From Gemmatimonadota bacterium (GTDB taxonomy: Bacteria; Gemmatimonadota; Gemmatimonadetes; Gemmatimonadales; Gemmatimonadaceae): a DNA stretch of 64,000 nucleotides. Below are positions 45,028 through 55,257 of the stretch, in pieces. Both the position numbers and the translations under genes were made by a program. The notes beneath the pieces are model-generated. The model was not told the origin of the DNA. It did no database searches and saw nothing but the letters and a program-made list of their open reading frames with translations. Every line of letters starts with the position of its first letter. Position 1 is the stretch's first letter. The DNA lies in contig JAHFCT010000002.1 in the NCBI GenBank assembly GCA_023249375.1, forward strand, positions 60,202 through 124,201. Direction: 5' to 3'.

Positions 45028-45987
45028 CTAGAACTCGCCGACCATCCCGATTTCGGGCTCGAGATGCTGGTTGAACCGGTCCGCGACGGTCCGCTGGGCA
45101 TGCAAAATCAGTGATCGCACGTCCGCGGCCGTGGCGCCGCCGAGATTGACCATGATGTTGGCGTGCATGTGCGAGATCTGCGCCCCACCGATGCGGAATC
45201 CCTTCAATCCGCATTCGTCGATGAGCCGGCCCGCGCCAACGCCTTCGATCTTCTTGAAGATGCTTCCGGCGCTCGGATGATAGTCCAGCCACGGATGCCT
45301 CGCCCCGCGCCAAGACAAGTTCTCTTGCATCACCCTATGCATCGCGGTCGAATCCGCCTCTTGCAGCAGAAAACTCGCGGCGAGGGCGACGTTTCCCGGC
45401 TCATGCAGGAGGCTGACATCATACCCGAAGTGCATGCCCGCGCGGTCCACAACGCGCCGCGCACCGGACTGGTCCAGCAGTTCCACATCGCGAACCACTT
45501 CAGCGATGTACACGGTGCGTTCTCGTGCTGGCGCCGGCGAAAGGAAATGCAGGTTCTGCCAGACGGCACCGCCCACGGTGCTGGGGATGCCGACGAAGTG
45601 CTCAAGGCCCGACAGTCCACGCGCGACCGTCGCTGCGATGAGATCGGCAACAACGGTCCCGGACTCGGCCCTCACCAGCCCGTGGTCGTGGAACTCCACG
45701 CGACGCGAGACGTTTCGAATCACGAGGCCCCGAAATCCTCGGTCGCCAACGAGGATGTTCGCGCCCAGTCCAAGGACGAACCAGGCAATGTTGAGCTGAC
45801 GCGCGGTCGCCACGGCAGTAGCGAGGGCATCGGCCGAGATGGCATCGTACAGGACGTCGGCGGGACCGCCGATCCGGAATGTGGTGTACGGAGCGAGCGG
45901 AGCCGACAGGCGCAGCTGCTCGCGCCCCAGGGCGGGAGCAAGCTGGTCGGCGATAGCAGCGGGCGTGGGCAGTCTATTCTCGGACAT
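45028..45987 (-). CDS. murB: UDP-N-acetylenolpyruvoylglucosamine reductase
   Basis: The start was set to MSENRLPTPAAIADQL...PLAPYTTFRIGGPADVLY (FAD-binding domain). The C-terminal MurB motif is GSIFKKIEG. The upstream 79 codons of the track ORF overlap the divergent gene. Confidence 0.9.
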   Translation of the reverse strand: MSENRLPTPAAIADQLAPALGREQLRLSAPLAPYTTFRIGGPADVLYDAISADALATAVATARQLNIAWFVLGLGANILVGDRGFRGLVIRNVSRRVEFHDHGLVRAESGTVVADLIAATVARGLSGLEHFVGIPSTVGGAVWQNLHFLSPAPARERTVYIAEVVRDVELLDQSGARRVVDRAGMHFGYDVSLLHEPGNVALAASFLLQEADSTAMHRVMQENLSWRGARHPWLDYHPSAGSIFKKIEGVGAGRLIDECGLKGFRIGGAQISHMHANIMVNLGGATAADVRSLILHAQRTVADRFNQHLEPEIGMVGEF

Positions 45988-45991
45988 TAAG

Positions 45992-47500
45992 ATGCGATCA
46001 CGAATCATACGACGGTCCACACAGGCCGCCAGCGTCATACGACTGACCGCGTTCATGGTCACGCTGACACTGGCCATGGCCTCCCCGGCAGCGGCGCAAC
46101 GATCCGATCTCGAGCGGATCATCCGCCGCACGGTGCTGTCCAACGGACTTGAAGTCGTCGTCGCCGAGAACCACGGCGTGCCGCTGGTGACGCTGGAACT
46201 GGTGGTGCGCAACGGCGCCTTCACGCAGACGCCCGAATACGCTGGGCTCGCGCATCTCTATGAGCACATGTTCTTCAAGGCGAACGATGAATTTTCCGGC
46301 CAGGACGAAACGATCAATCGCGCATCGCAGCTCGGGGCCGTGTTCAACGCCTCCACGCGCGAGGAGCTGGTGAACTACTACCTCACGCTTCAGTCCGATT
46401 CGCTCACCGCCGGCATGGACTTTCTGGCCGCCGCGCTGCTGACGCCAAGGTTTCAGTCGGACGAACTCGAGCGAGAACGCGAAGTCGTCATTGGCGAGTA
46501 CGACCAGCAGGAGTCGAGCCCGTTCTTCCGCTTCGATCAGGAAATGGGGCGGCGTCTGTGGACCACGCAGTTCAGCCGGAAGAACACGATCGGCGACCGC
46601 GACGTGATTCGCGCCACGACGCCCGCGAAGATGCGTGCCATCAAGAATCTCTACTACGTTCCCAATAATTCCCTGCTGATCATTGCGGGCGATGTTGATC
46701 CGGCGGCCGCCTTGGTCCAAGCCGATCGGATTTTCGGGGACTGGAAACGAGGGCCAGATCCGTTTCTTGCCGCGCCCGTACCCGCAATTCCGCCGCTGAC
46801 GCGGAATGCCGGATACGTGCGCGAAGAGGCCGTGAACGCGGTTTCGGTGCAGATCCAATGGCACGGCCCGAGCGTGCGGAAGGACGAAGACGCGACGTTT
46901 GTCGCCGACGTCTTCAGCGATCTGCTGAACGCGCCGGGGTCGCGGTTCCAGAAGAAACTGGTCGACAGCGGGTTGTTTGAGGGCGTGATCGTGAACTACT
47001 ACACCCTGAACAACGTGGGACCGATCACGATCAGCGGGCAGACAAGCCCCGACCGGCTGCGCAATGCACTCAACACGCTCGATACCGAGCTGCGTGAGGT
47101 GCTGAAGCCGGGCTATTTCAGTGTGGAAGAAATGAATGCGGCCAAGGCGCAGCGCGCCGTGTCGAGCGCGTTCGAACGCGAGAAGGCGTCGGCTTTTGCG
47201 CACACCATTGGCTTCTGGTGGAGCGTTTCCGGGCTCGAGTACTACATGAAGTACGTCGATGAAATGGCGCACCGGTCGCCCGCCCAGCTGCAGGAGTACG
47301 CGCGCAAATACATCATCGACCGTCCACATGTGACCGGGGTGCTGCTGTCGCCCGCGGCGCGCAGGGAACTGAATCTGACAGAGGACGAACTGGCTCGATG
47401 GGGAACGGCGCCACTGCGACCGGCACCGTCGAGGCCAACCCTGCGTCCATCGCCTGCGGGCGCTGCGAAGCGCACCCCCGCCGCCGGGAGTCCCCGCTGA
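45992..47500 (+). CDS. M16 family zinc peptidase (active subunit, HxxEH)
   Basis: The signal peptide is MRSRIIRRSTQAASVIRLTAFMVTLTLAMASPAAAQ. The inverted zinc motif is HLYEHMFF. Confidence 0.85.
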   Translation: MRSRIIRRSTQAASVIRLTAFMVTLTLAMASPAAAQRSDLERIIRRTVLSNGLEVVVAENHGVPLVTLELVVRNGAFTQTPEYAGLAHLYEHMFFKANDEFSGQDETINRASQLGAVFNASTREELVNYYLTLQSDSLTAGMDFLAAALLTPRFQSDELEREREVVIGEYDQQESSPFFRFDQEMGRRLWTTQFSRKNTIGDRDVIRATTPAKMRAIKNLYYVPNNSLLIIAGDVDPAAALVQADRIFGDWKRGPDPFLAAPVPAIPPLTRNAGYVREEAVNAVSVQIQWHGPSVRKDEDATFVADVFSDLLNAPGSRFQKKLVDSGLFEGVIVNYYTLNNVGPITISGQTSPDRLRNALNTLDTELREVLKPGYFSVEEMNAAKAQRAVSSAFEREKASAFAHTIGFWWSVSGLEYYMKYVDEMAHRSPAQLQEYARKYIIDRPHVTGVLLSPAARRELNLTEDELARWGTAPLRPAPSRPTLRPSPAGAAKRTPAAGSPR

Positions 47501-48849
47501 TGCGCGCCGCTCCTTTCCTCTTGGTGGCTGCAATCTCGGCGTCCGCTTCGGCGCAGCGCGTGAGCCCCGCACTTCCGTCCGCGCCGCGTTCGTCTCCGGC
47601 CGCCCGTGTGCATCTGGATACGTCCACGACGAGCTACACGATTGACGGCATTCGCGTCATTCATCGCGTCGGCGCAACGCACCTGGTCGTGATGAACCTC
47701 TACTTGCTGGGCGGCGTACGCAACGCAACGCCGGAGACCGCCGGGCTCGAGCCATTGTATCTGGCCGTCAGCGAGCAGGGAACGGAGCGTTACCCCAAGG
47801 ACGCCTTGCGCCGCGCCATGGCGCGCACCGGAAGCTCAATTGCGCTGGACGCCAACGAGGACTGGACGTTGTACGGGATTCGGTCCACCACCGATGTGCT
47901 CGATTCGGTATGGAACATCTACACCGACCGCCTCCTTCGGCCGCGGCTCGAGCCAACGGAGATCGACTTCGTGCGCAATCAGGCACTGAGCGGCCTGCGT
48001 CAGTTGAACGAGAGTCCGGATGCCCTGCTCTCCCGCGTGGCCGACAGCGTCGCGTTCCGCGGACACGCGTACGCCCTTTCGCCGATGGGAAGCACCGCCT
48101 CGCTGTCGGCGATGTCGCGCGAGTCGCTGCTGCGCTGGAAGGACCAGTGGCTGGTGAAGTCGCGCCTGCTGCTCGTCGTCGTGGGTGATGTGCCACGGGC
48201 CAAGCTCGAGCGGATGGTGGCCTCCTCGCTCGGCAAACTCCCCGCCGGCGACTATGCGTGGGCGATGCCCGACACGATTCCAGCGCGCGCCTCATCGCTC
48301 ACCGTGGTGCCGCAGACCCTGCCAACGAACTACGTCAGCGGCACCTTTCGCGGTCCGCGCGCCAACGAGAAGGATGCTGCCGCGCTGCGCGTGGCCGCGG
48401 CCGTGCTCTCCGGACAGCTCTTCAGCGAGATCCGTTCGAAGAACAACCTCACGTACACCGCGTCCGCCAACTTCCACGACCAGGCGCTGATCTCCGGCAC
48501 CCTCTTCGTCACGACGACACTGCCCGATTCAGCGCTCAAGATCATGCGAGCGCAGGTGCAGTTGCTGCAGGAAGTGACCATTCCCACGCAGGCGCTGGCC
48601 CCGCTCATTCAGCAGTTTCTCACCGAATACTTCCTGAACAACGAAACGAGCACCGCACAGGCTGATTTCCTGGCGCGCGCACAGCTATACATGGGCGACT
48701 GGCAGGCAGCCAATCGCTTCATGGCAGACCTGCGTGCCGTCACCGGCGAGGACGTGCGCCGTGTGTCGCGCCGCTACCTGCGCAACGTGCAGTGGGTGTA
48801 CATCGGCGATCCGGCGCGCATCACGCGCAAGCTGGCGGAGTCGTTCTAG
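47500..48849 (+). CDS. M16 family peptidase-like protein (no HxxEH, probable non-catalytic partner)
   Basis: The start ATG overlaps the upstream TGA (TGATG). The signal peptide is MRAAPFLLVAAISASASAQ. It has the M16 fold pattern without the zinc motif. Confidence 0.8.
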   Translation: MRAAPFLLVAAISASASAQRVSPALPSAPRSSPAARVHLDTSTTSYTIDGIRVIHRVGATHLVVMNLYLLGGVRNATPETAGLEPLYLAVSEQGTERYPKDALRRAMARTGSSIALDANEDWTLYGIRSTTDVLDSVWNIYTDRLLRPRLEPTEIDFVRNQALSGLRQLNESPDALLSRVADSVAFRGHAYALSPMGSTASLSAMSRESLLRWKDQWLVKSRLLLVVVGDVPRAKLERMVASSLGKLPAGDYAWAMPDTIPARASSLTVVPQTLPTNYVSGTFRGPRANEKDAAALRVAAAVLSGQLFSEIRSKNNLTYTASANFHDQALISGTLFVTTTLPDSALKIMRAQVQLLQEVTIPTQALAPLIQQFLTEYFLNNETSTAQADFLARAQLYMGDWQAANRFMADLRAVTGEDVRRVSRRYLRNVQWVYIGDPARITRKLAESF

Positions 48850-49631
48850 CGAGACCCGTCGTCGGCGCGCCACAACAGCGTGCGCGCCGCATCGGCCAGT
48901 AGTCGATTGGTTGCCACCGCATCGCCGGCAAAGGCATCGCGCCGGCCGTTCCACGCCGTAAAGACGCCTCCCGCCTCCTCGATAATTGGGAGCAATGGCG
49001 CGACATCCCATGGTTGCACGATAGGATCGACCATCACCTCGGCTCGGCCCGTGGCAACAAGCAGGTAGCCGTAACAGTCACCCCAGCCGCGGCTCATGTG
49101 CGCCCGTTGCGACAGCACGTCCCAACCCGCGCGCTGCTCGGCCCTCGCGAACAAACGGTCATCGGTGACAAGTACGGTGGCCGCCTCGATGGCTTCGATG
49201 CAACTGACGCGTGCCCGCGCCCCGTTATGCCAGCATCCCTCGCCGGGTGCGGCCGCGATGTATTCCTCGACCGCCGGGAAGGCCGCGGCTCCCGCCAGGA
49301 CGTCATTGCCTTCGCACACCGCCACGCAGGTTCCCCACAGCGGAACGCCGCGCACGAAGCTCTTGGTGCCGTCAATGGGATCCAGCAGCCAGCGCCGACC
49401 GCTCGCGCCAGGCGTCTCCCCGAACTCCTCGCCGAGCACGCCGTCCGCGGGGAAGCGCGCGTGGATCCACTCGCGCGCCAGTTGCTCGGCGGCGCGGTCG
49501 GCGAGCGTGACGGGCGATCCGTCCTGCTTGATCTCGACCGCCAGGTCCTGTTTATAGTAGCGAAGCGCTACTAATGAAGCGAGCCGGGCCACTTCAAGGG
49601 CCGACTCCATTAGCACGGCGGGTGAACTCAT
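48846..49631 (-). CDS. inositol monophosphatase family protein (possible histidinol-phosphatase HisN)
   Basis: The motifs are LGEEFG, LLDPIDGTKSF and QPWDVAPLLPII. The HisN role is inferred only from adjacency to hisA. The start was set to the ATG at 49631. Confidence 0.8.
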   Translation of the reverse strand: MSSPAVLMESALEVARLASLVALRYYKQDLAVEIKQDGSPVTLADRAAEQLAREWIHARFPADGVLGEEFGETPGASGRRWLLDPIDGTKSFVRGVPLWGTCVAVCEGNDVLAGAAAFPAVEEYIAAAPGEGCWHNGARARVSCIEAIEAATVLVTDDRLFARAEQRAGWDVLSQRAHMSRGWGDCYGYLLVATGRAEVMVDPIVQPWDVAPLLPIIEEAGGVFTAWNGRRDAFAGDAVATNRLLADAARTLLWRADDGSR

Positions 49632-49683
49632 CACGTGGCCGATGCCGCGCCGGTCGCCGGCCATGCTGCGCACGTCGCCGCGC

Positions 49684-50397
49684 TCATGACGGAAACTCCT
49701 CGGCCAGCACGCGAGGATCGATGGCGCCGGTGTACAGCGCCATGCCGACAATCGCCGCCGCCACGCCACGGTCCTCGAGGGCGCGCAGGTCCGCCAATGA
49801 GCCAATCCCTCCCGACGCGAAGACCGGAAAGGGCGACGCATCGACGACATCTTCCATCAAGGGCAGGTCAGTCCCCTGCATGCGTCCTTCACGGTGCACC
49901 GCCGTCACGAGCAGCCCGGCAAGCGGCAGGTCCGACACGTCATCGAGCACCGAGAGGACGTCGCGCGAGAGCGTTCTGGTCCAGCCGCGCGTGGTGATTC
50001 TTCGTTCGCGCACATCGGCGGCGAGCATGCACTGCCCGGGATGATCCAGCGAGATCTGGGCCAGCCAGTCTGGATCTTCGAGCGCACGGGTGCCCAGCAC
50101 GACGCACGCCGCGCCCGCTTCGAGGAGTGCATGCACGTCATCCTCGGTGCGGACGCCGCCCCCCACCTGGCAGGGTGCTGCGCCGTCCCAGAGAATTTGC
50201 GTGATGGCGTCGCGGTTCGAACCGCGTCCCGTGGCTCCGTCGAGATCAACGAGATGCAGGCGGCTAAACCCGGCATTGGCCCACTGGCGCGCGATGCGCA
50301 GCGGATCGGTCAGCCGCAGCTCTTCGCGGCTGAACTCTCCCCCAACGAGCTGTACCACATGCCCCTCACGAAGGTCGACGGCCGGTATGGCGAGCAT
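49684..50397 (-). CDS. hisA: phosphoribosylformimino-5-aminoimidazole carboxamide ribotide isomerase
   Basis: The protein starts MLAIPAVDLREGHVVQLVGG and continues with LHLVDLDGA and SGGIGSLADL. The start was set to the ATG at 50397. Confidence 0.9.
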   Translation of the reverse strand: MLAIPAVDLREGHVVQLVGGEFSREELRLTDPLRIARQWANAGFSRLHLVDLDGATGRGSNRDAITQILWDGAAPCQVGGGVRTEDDVHALLEAGAACVVLGTRALEDPDWLAQISLDHPGQCMLAADVRERRITTRGWTRTLSRDVLSVLDDVSDLPLAGLLVTAVHREGRMQGTDLPLMEDVVDASPFPVFASGGIGSLADLRALEDRGVAAAIVGMALYTGAIDPRVLAEEFPS

Positions 50398-50670
50398 GGA
50401 AGTCCGCGAGGACGAACTGGGGAAGCAGCGGGTCGCGCGAAACACCTGAGCTTGGAAGCTGGCAGGCGTCGGGTGAATTGGCGAGGCGCAGCGTGGTATG
50501 CGGCGTTCATCACATGGACTGATCGGGCCCTCCCCTCGGCCCCCTCTGTTCACCATGAGTTCAGTAGCCCAACCCTTCAATTGGCTTCAAAATTCCCGTA
50601 GATTTCCGAGGTTACAGGGGAAGCCCCCTTTTATTCCCAAAACATCAAGCAAGGCTTGCGGAGGAACAAC

Positions 50671-51156
50671 ATGCGGTTCATCGGTTCGGCGCTCGTGGCG
50701 AGTGCCTTTGTACTCGGAGCATGTGGTGGCAGTGGCGAGAAGGCCCCGGCGGCGGAAAATGCGGCCCCGGCAGCGGCAGCCGCTCCGTCAGCGGCTGGCA
50801 CAGCGGCCGCGATCACGGGCACGACGCACGAAGTGAAGATGTACGGCGACGAAAAGGGCTACCGCTTCGAGCCGAAGGACATCACGGTCAAGGCCGGCGA
50901 CGGAATCAAGTTCACCTTCATGACGGGCGGCCCCCACAACGTGGCGTTCAACCCGGCCGACATTCCGGTCGACGTGAAGCCACAGCTCGACGCCAACATG
51001 GGCGCCGACAAGATGGCGGAGCTCTCGAGCAAGATGCTCATGAACCCCAATGAGTTCGTGACGATTTCGTTTGCGAACATCAAGCCGGGCACCTACGCCT
51101 TCAACTGCACGCCGCATCTCGCAATGGGCATGAAGGGCACGGTCACGGTTCAGTAG
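50671..51156 (+). CDS. cupredoxin (plastocyanin/pseudoazurin-like type 1 copper protein), lipoprotein
   Basis: GGAGG lies 6 nt before the ATG. The lipobox is VLGACGG. The copper ligands are GGPHNVAF and CTPHLAMGM. Confidence 0.85.
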   Translation: MRFIGSALVASAFVLGACGGSGEKAPAAENAAPAAAAAPSAAGTAAAITGTTHEVKMYGDEKGYRFEPKDITVKAGDGIKFTFMTGGPHNVAFNPADIPVDVKPQLDANMGADKMAELSSKMLMNPNEFVTISFANIKPGTYAFNCTPHLAMGMKGTVTVQ

Positions 51157-51197
51157 TCCGCTGCGGCAGACGCCGCGCGGCGAGATTTGACCGACTG

Positions 51198-51228
51198 ACG
51201 GGCAGGTCCGGCATCCGGATCTGCCCGT
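51198..51228 (+). terminator. hairpin downstream of the cupredoxin gene
   Basis: ACGGGCAG (51198-51205) pairs with CTGCCCGT (51221-51228). An inner TCCGG/CCGGA pairing adds to the stem. It is followed by TTCGTCTT. Confidence 0.55.
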
Positions 51229-51236
51229 TTCGTCTT

Positions 51237-52874
51237 ATGTTGCCCGTGATGCCTCACGTCGGGTCTCGCCCAATGTCACGCGCCGATTGGCTGGCCGCGA
51301 GAGCCTTGCTCGCGTCGCGGCGCCTGCGGCCATTCGTGCCGTTCGGTCTCGTCGCATTTGCCCTGATCTTTGTTGTGGTCTACGCGGTGCGGGGTCCACT
51401 GGCCGATCGCGCCGCCGCCACACAGCGGGCCGCGGGCCGCGCCGTCGCCACTGAACGCGATACACTGCCGCTCGTCTCGGCCGTGCAAGCCGCACGTGCG
51501 ACACTGATGGCGAAGGACTCGGCCTTGCGCGCGATGCAGTTTCAGGCGGAGGCGCAAGCCGCGGCGCCGGCACTTTCCGCGGATATGCAGCGAGGGCGCG
51601 ATTCACTGCGGGCGACGCTGGCACAGCTCGAGAGTGCGCTCGACAGAGCGTCCAAGGCGCCGCTGGCCGCTTCGTATCGCGCACTCGGCAATACCCGCGC
51701 ACTGAAGCCAGTCGGCGGAGTCCAGTCGCTGCTCGACACACTCGACTTGCTGGAACGCACACGACAGGCGCTCGATCCCGTGGAAGCTCCGCAGCGGGAG
51801 TTCGCTCAGTTGAGTCAACGTGCCAATGCTGTCGGCAAGAGCCTTCAGACCCTCGGCCAGTCAAGGCGCGCCGCGCTGGTGCGGCAAATCGCCGGCATCG
51901 AAAGCGGCGTCGGTGACGGATCTCATCGGGAGACTCTGGCGGTCGATACCGCCGTGGCGCGGGCCGTCCGTGACAGCGCGACTCTTGCCGCGTCGAATGC
52001 TGAACAACGACTTCGGGATGCAAGACAATGGCACGCCGCGGTGCGGGAGCGTGCTGATTCCGCGGCGCGTGATCGAGCCGCGCGCATTCTCGGCGCATCG
52101 CCGTTCGCCGCAGCCCTCAGTGCCCTGATGGTCGTTGTCGTCCTGAGCTTCACGATGGTTGTCATCGCTGAGGTGCGAACGCCGACGATTGCGCACGTGC
52201 GCGAGGTAGAGCGTCTCACGGGTGTTCCAGTCCTCACGACCGCCGAGCGTTTTCATGTGCCTCATGAAGGACGCGCGCGACTGCAGCCAGGCGTCGGCGT
52301 GGACCCGTTTCGCATGGTCTACCTTGCACTCACGGCGAGCGGAACGCGCGAACGCACCGTCTGCGTGACCGGCGACAGCGCGCCGACCACTGCGGCGGTG
52401 GCGGCGCGGCTGGCGGTCAGCGCCGCCGCCGATGAACGCGCGACGCTGCTCGTCGATCTTGCTCCAGGCATTCCAGCCACCTCCGCGTACTTTGGCTGGC
52501 GAGAGGAGCCTGGTTTCACCGAGGCCATTGCCGGCGTGCGACTCTGGAGAGAGGTGGCGCGGCCCATCGGCGCGAGTGAAGGACTCGCGGTCGATGTCAT
52601 TCCTTCAGGCGGCCCGCGACAGGACACGAGTGATTCTGTACAGAACGCGAGCGCACGCGCGGAGTTCACGACATTCACCGCCGAATACGACTTTGCTGTA
52701 TTGGTGGCGCCGACCCCGTTATCGGTGAGACTGGCAGCACTCACATGTGATGGTCCGCCGACGATTCTGGTGTTGCGCTCGGCAAAGACGCGTCTCACCT
52801 CAATGAAGCAACTGGTAACATCGCTTCGCGAGGACGGTGTAAATGTCTACGGAATACTGTTAGTAGACCAATAG
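51237..52874 (+). CDS. polysaccharide co-polymerase / BY-kinase-like protein with degenerate P-loop
   Basis: The architecture is TM1, a long Ala/Arg/Gln-rich coiled-coil-like region, TM2 (FAAALSALMVVVVLSFTMVVIAEV), then a CpsD/Wzc-like domain (RTVCVTGDSAPTTAAVAARLA, LLVDLAPG, DFAVLVAPTP, VYGILLVDQ). The start is uncertain (51237, 51249 or 51273). Confidence 0.6.
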   Translation: MLPVMPHVGSRPMSRADWLAARALLASRRLRPFVPFGLVAFALIFVVVYAVRGPLADRAAATQRAAGRAVATERDTLPLVSAVQAARATLMAKDSALRAMQFQAEAQAAAPALSADMQRGRDSLRATLAQLESALDRASKAPLAASYRALGNTRALKPVGGVQSLLDTLDLLERTRQALDPVEAPQREFAQLSQRANAVGKSLQTLGQSRRAALVRQIAGIESGVGDGSHRETLAVDTAVARAVRDSATLAASNAEQRLRDARQWHAAVRERADSAARDRAARILGASPFAAALSALMVVVVLSFTMVVIAEVRTPTIAHVREVERLTGVPVLTTAERFHVPHEGRARLQPGVGVDPFRMVYLALTASGTRERTVCVTGDSAPTTAAVAARLAVSAAADERATLLVDLAPGIPATSAYFGWREEPGFTEAIAGVRLWREVARPIGASEGLAVDVIPSGGPRQDTSDSVQNASARAEFTTFTAEYDFAVLVAPTPLSVRLAALTCDGPPTILVLRSAKTRLTSMKQLVTSLREDGVNVYGILLVDQ

Positions 52875-52988
52875 TGTCTTTATATTGTCTCGATTATGTA
52901 TCATAAAATCATACTTAATTGAGATGCCGCTGTGTATCGATGAGAGACCATCCTCAGAGATTCGAGGTGTTGCCGGATTTGGAGCGCG

Positions 52989-53174
52989 ATGACGCGCCGA
53001 GATCGTTTGGCGCAGGTGGAGGCTTTATCGTCGCTTCGAGATGTTATTGAAAGCGTCACCGGGACGATCGCACTCGCTCACCGCGCGATGTCGGCCTTCG
53101 CGTCGTTCGTGCGGCGCCCGTTTCGTCTCTGTATGTTTCGTGACGCATCCGCCGAGGCTCTTCCATCGCCATGA
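52989..53174 (+). CDS. possible small ORF (61 aa) overlapping the HD-gene start by ATGA
   Basis: The stop overlaps the start of the downstream gene (CCATGACC). Third-position GC is weaker than in neighbouring genes. I recognise no family. Confidence 0.25.
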   Translation: MTRRDRLAQVEALSSLRDVIESVTGTIALAHRAMSAFASFVRRPFRLCMFRDASAEALPSP

Positions 53175-53797
53175 CCGGCTACTCCGACCGCATCAATCAC
53201 GCGCTTGCTTTCGCGGCAAAGCACCACGACCGTCAAGTCCGGAAAGGGACGCGGCTGCCGTACATCACGCATCCTGCCAACGTCGCGATCATCCTCACGC
53301 GCTACGACCAGGACGATATCACGGTCGTGGCCGGCATCCTGCACGATGTCGTGGAGGACTGCGTGACGGAGAACTGGACGCAGGAGATGCTCGAGGAGCG
53401 GATTGGCGAGAAGTTCGGCATGGATGTGCTGGAGACGGTGCTGATGGTCACGCATCGCAAGGTGGATGACGACGGCAACGAGATGGACAAGGAAGAGCAG
53501 AGTGCGGACTACTTGCTGCGCTTGATGCACGCCAACGAAGCCGCGCGATGGGTGTGCGCCGCGGACAAGGTCCATAACGCCTGTTCGATTCTCGCGGACT
53601 TGCGGCGCACCGTGGATCCGGAATCGGTGTGGGGACGCTTTGCCGTGGGCAAGGAAGGCACGATTCGCTGGTATCGTGATGTGCACGACCGGTTGCAGGA
53701 GCTGGGGTTCGCGGGACACATCCTCCCCGAGCTGCGCGATGTCGCCGAAGCGCTCGAGCGGTACTCGGATATCGGTGCGGGACAGTCAGGCGGCTAA
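53171..53797 (+). CDS. HD domain protein, RelA/SpoT-type (p)ppGpp hydrolase-like (small alarmone hydrolase)
   Basis: ALAFAAKHHDRQVRKGTRLPYITHPANVAIIL and AGILHDVVEDC form the HD_4 pattern. No synthetase domain is present. Confidence 0.85.
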   Translation: MTGYSDRINHALAFAAKHHDRQVRKGTRLPYITHPANVAIILTRYDQDDITVVAGILHDVVEDCVTENWTQEMLEERIGEKFGMDVLETVLMVTHRKVDDDGNEMDKEEQSADYLLRLMHANEAARWVCAADKVHNACSILADLRRTVDPESVWGRFAVGKEGTIRWYRDVHDRLQELGFAGHILPELRDVAEALERYSDIGAGQSGG

Positions 53798-53832
53798 CGG
53801 CCGCACCGCTCCTCACGCCAGCACGCTGCGTT

Positions 53833-53867
53833 CGAAGGGTCACCCGCGATTCGCGAGTGACCCTTCG
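53833..53867. terminator. hairpin between convergent HD gene and ispG
   Basis: CGAAGGGTCAC (53833-53843) pairs with GTGACCCTTCG (53857-53867) as a perfect 11-bp stem. Confidence 0.55.
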
Positions 53868-53937
53868 TGGTGTCTCCCGGCCAGAATTTCTGTGTGCACC
53901 GCCTCCGTCGTGACATCACGAGCGCGGCAACGTGGCG

Positions 53938-55155
<1,218 letters not shown>

Positions 55156-55257
55156 GGCAGTTGGGGCTGGAGACGGGATGAAAACTAACGTGCGGTGGAC
55201 GCCAGCACCTCACGGCGCGATCTTCCAGCAGGACCATCCGTCAAGGAACCACGCCTC

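Noticed and set aside
45998-47572. A 524-aa minus-strand ORF.
   Set aside because: It is antisense to the M16 peptidase gene, which has a signal peptide and the HxxEH motif. It is a shadow ORF.
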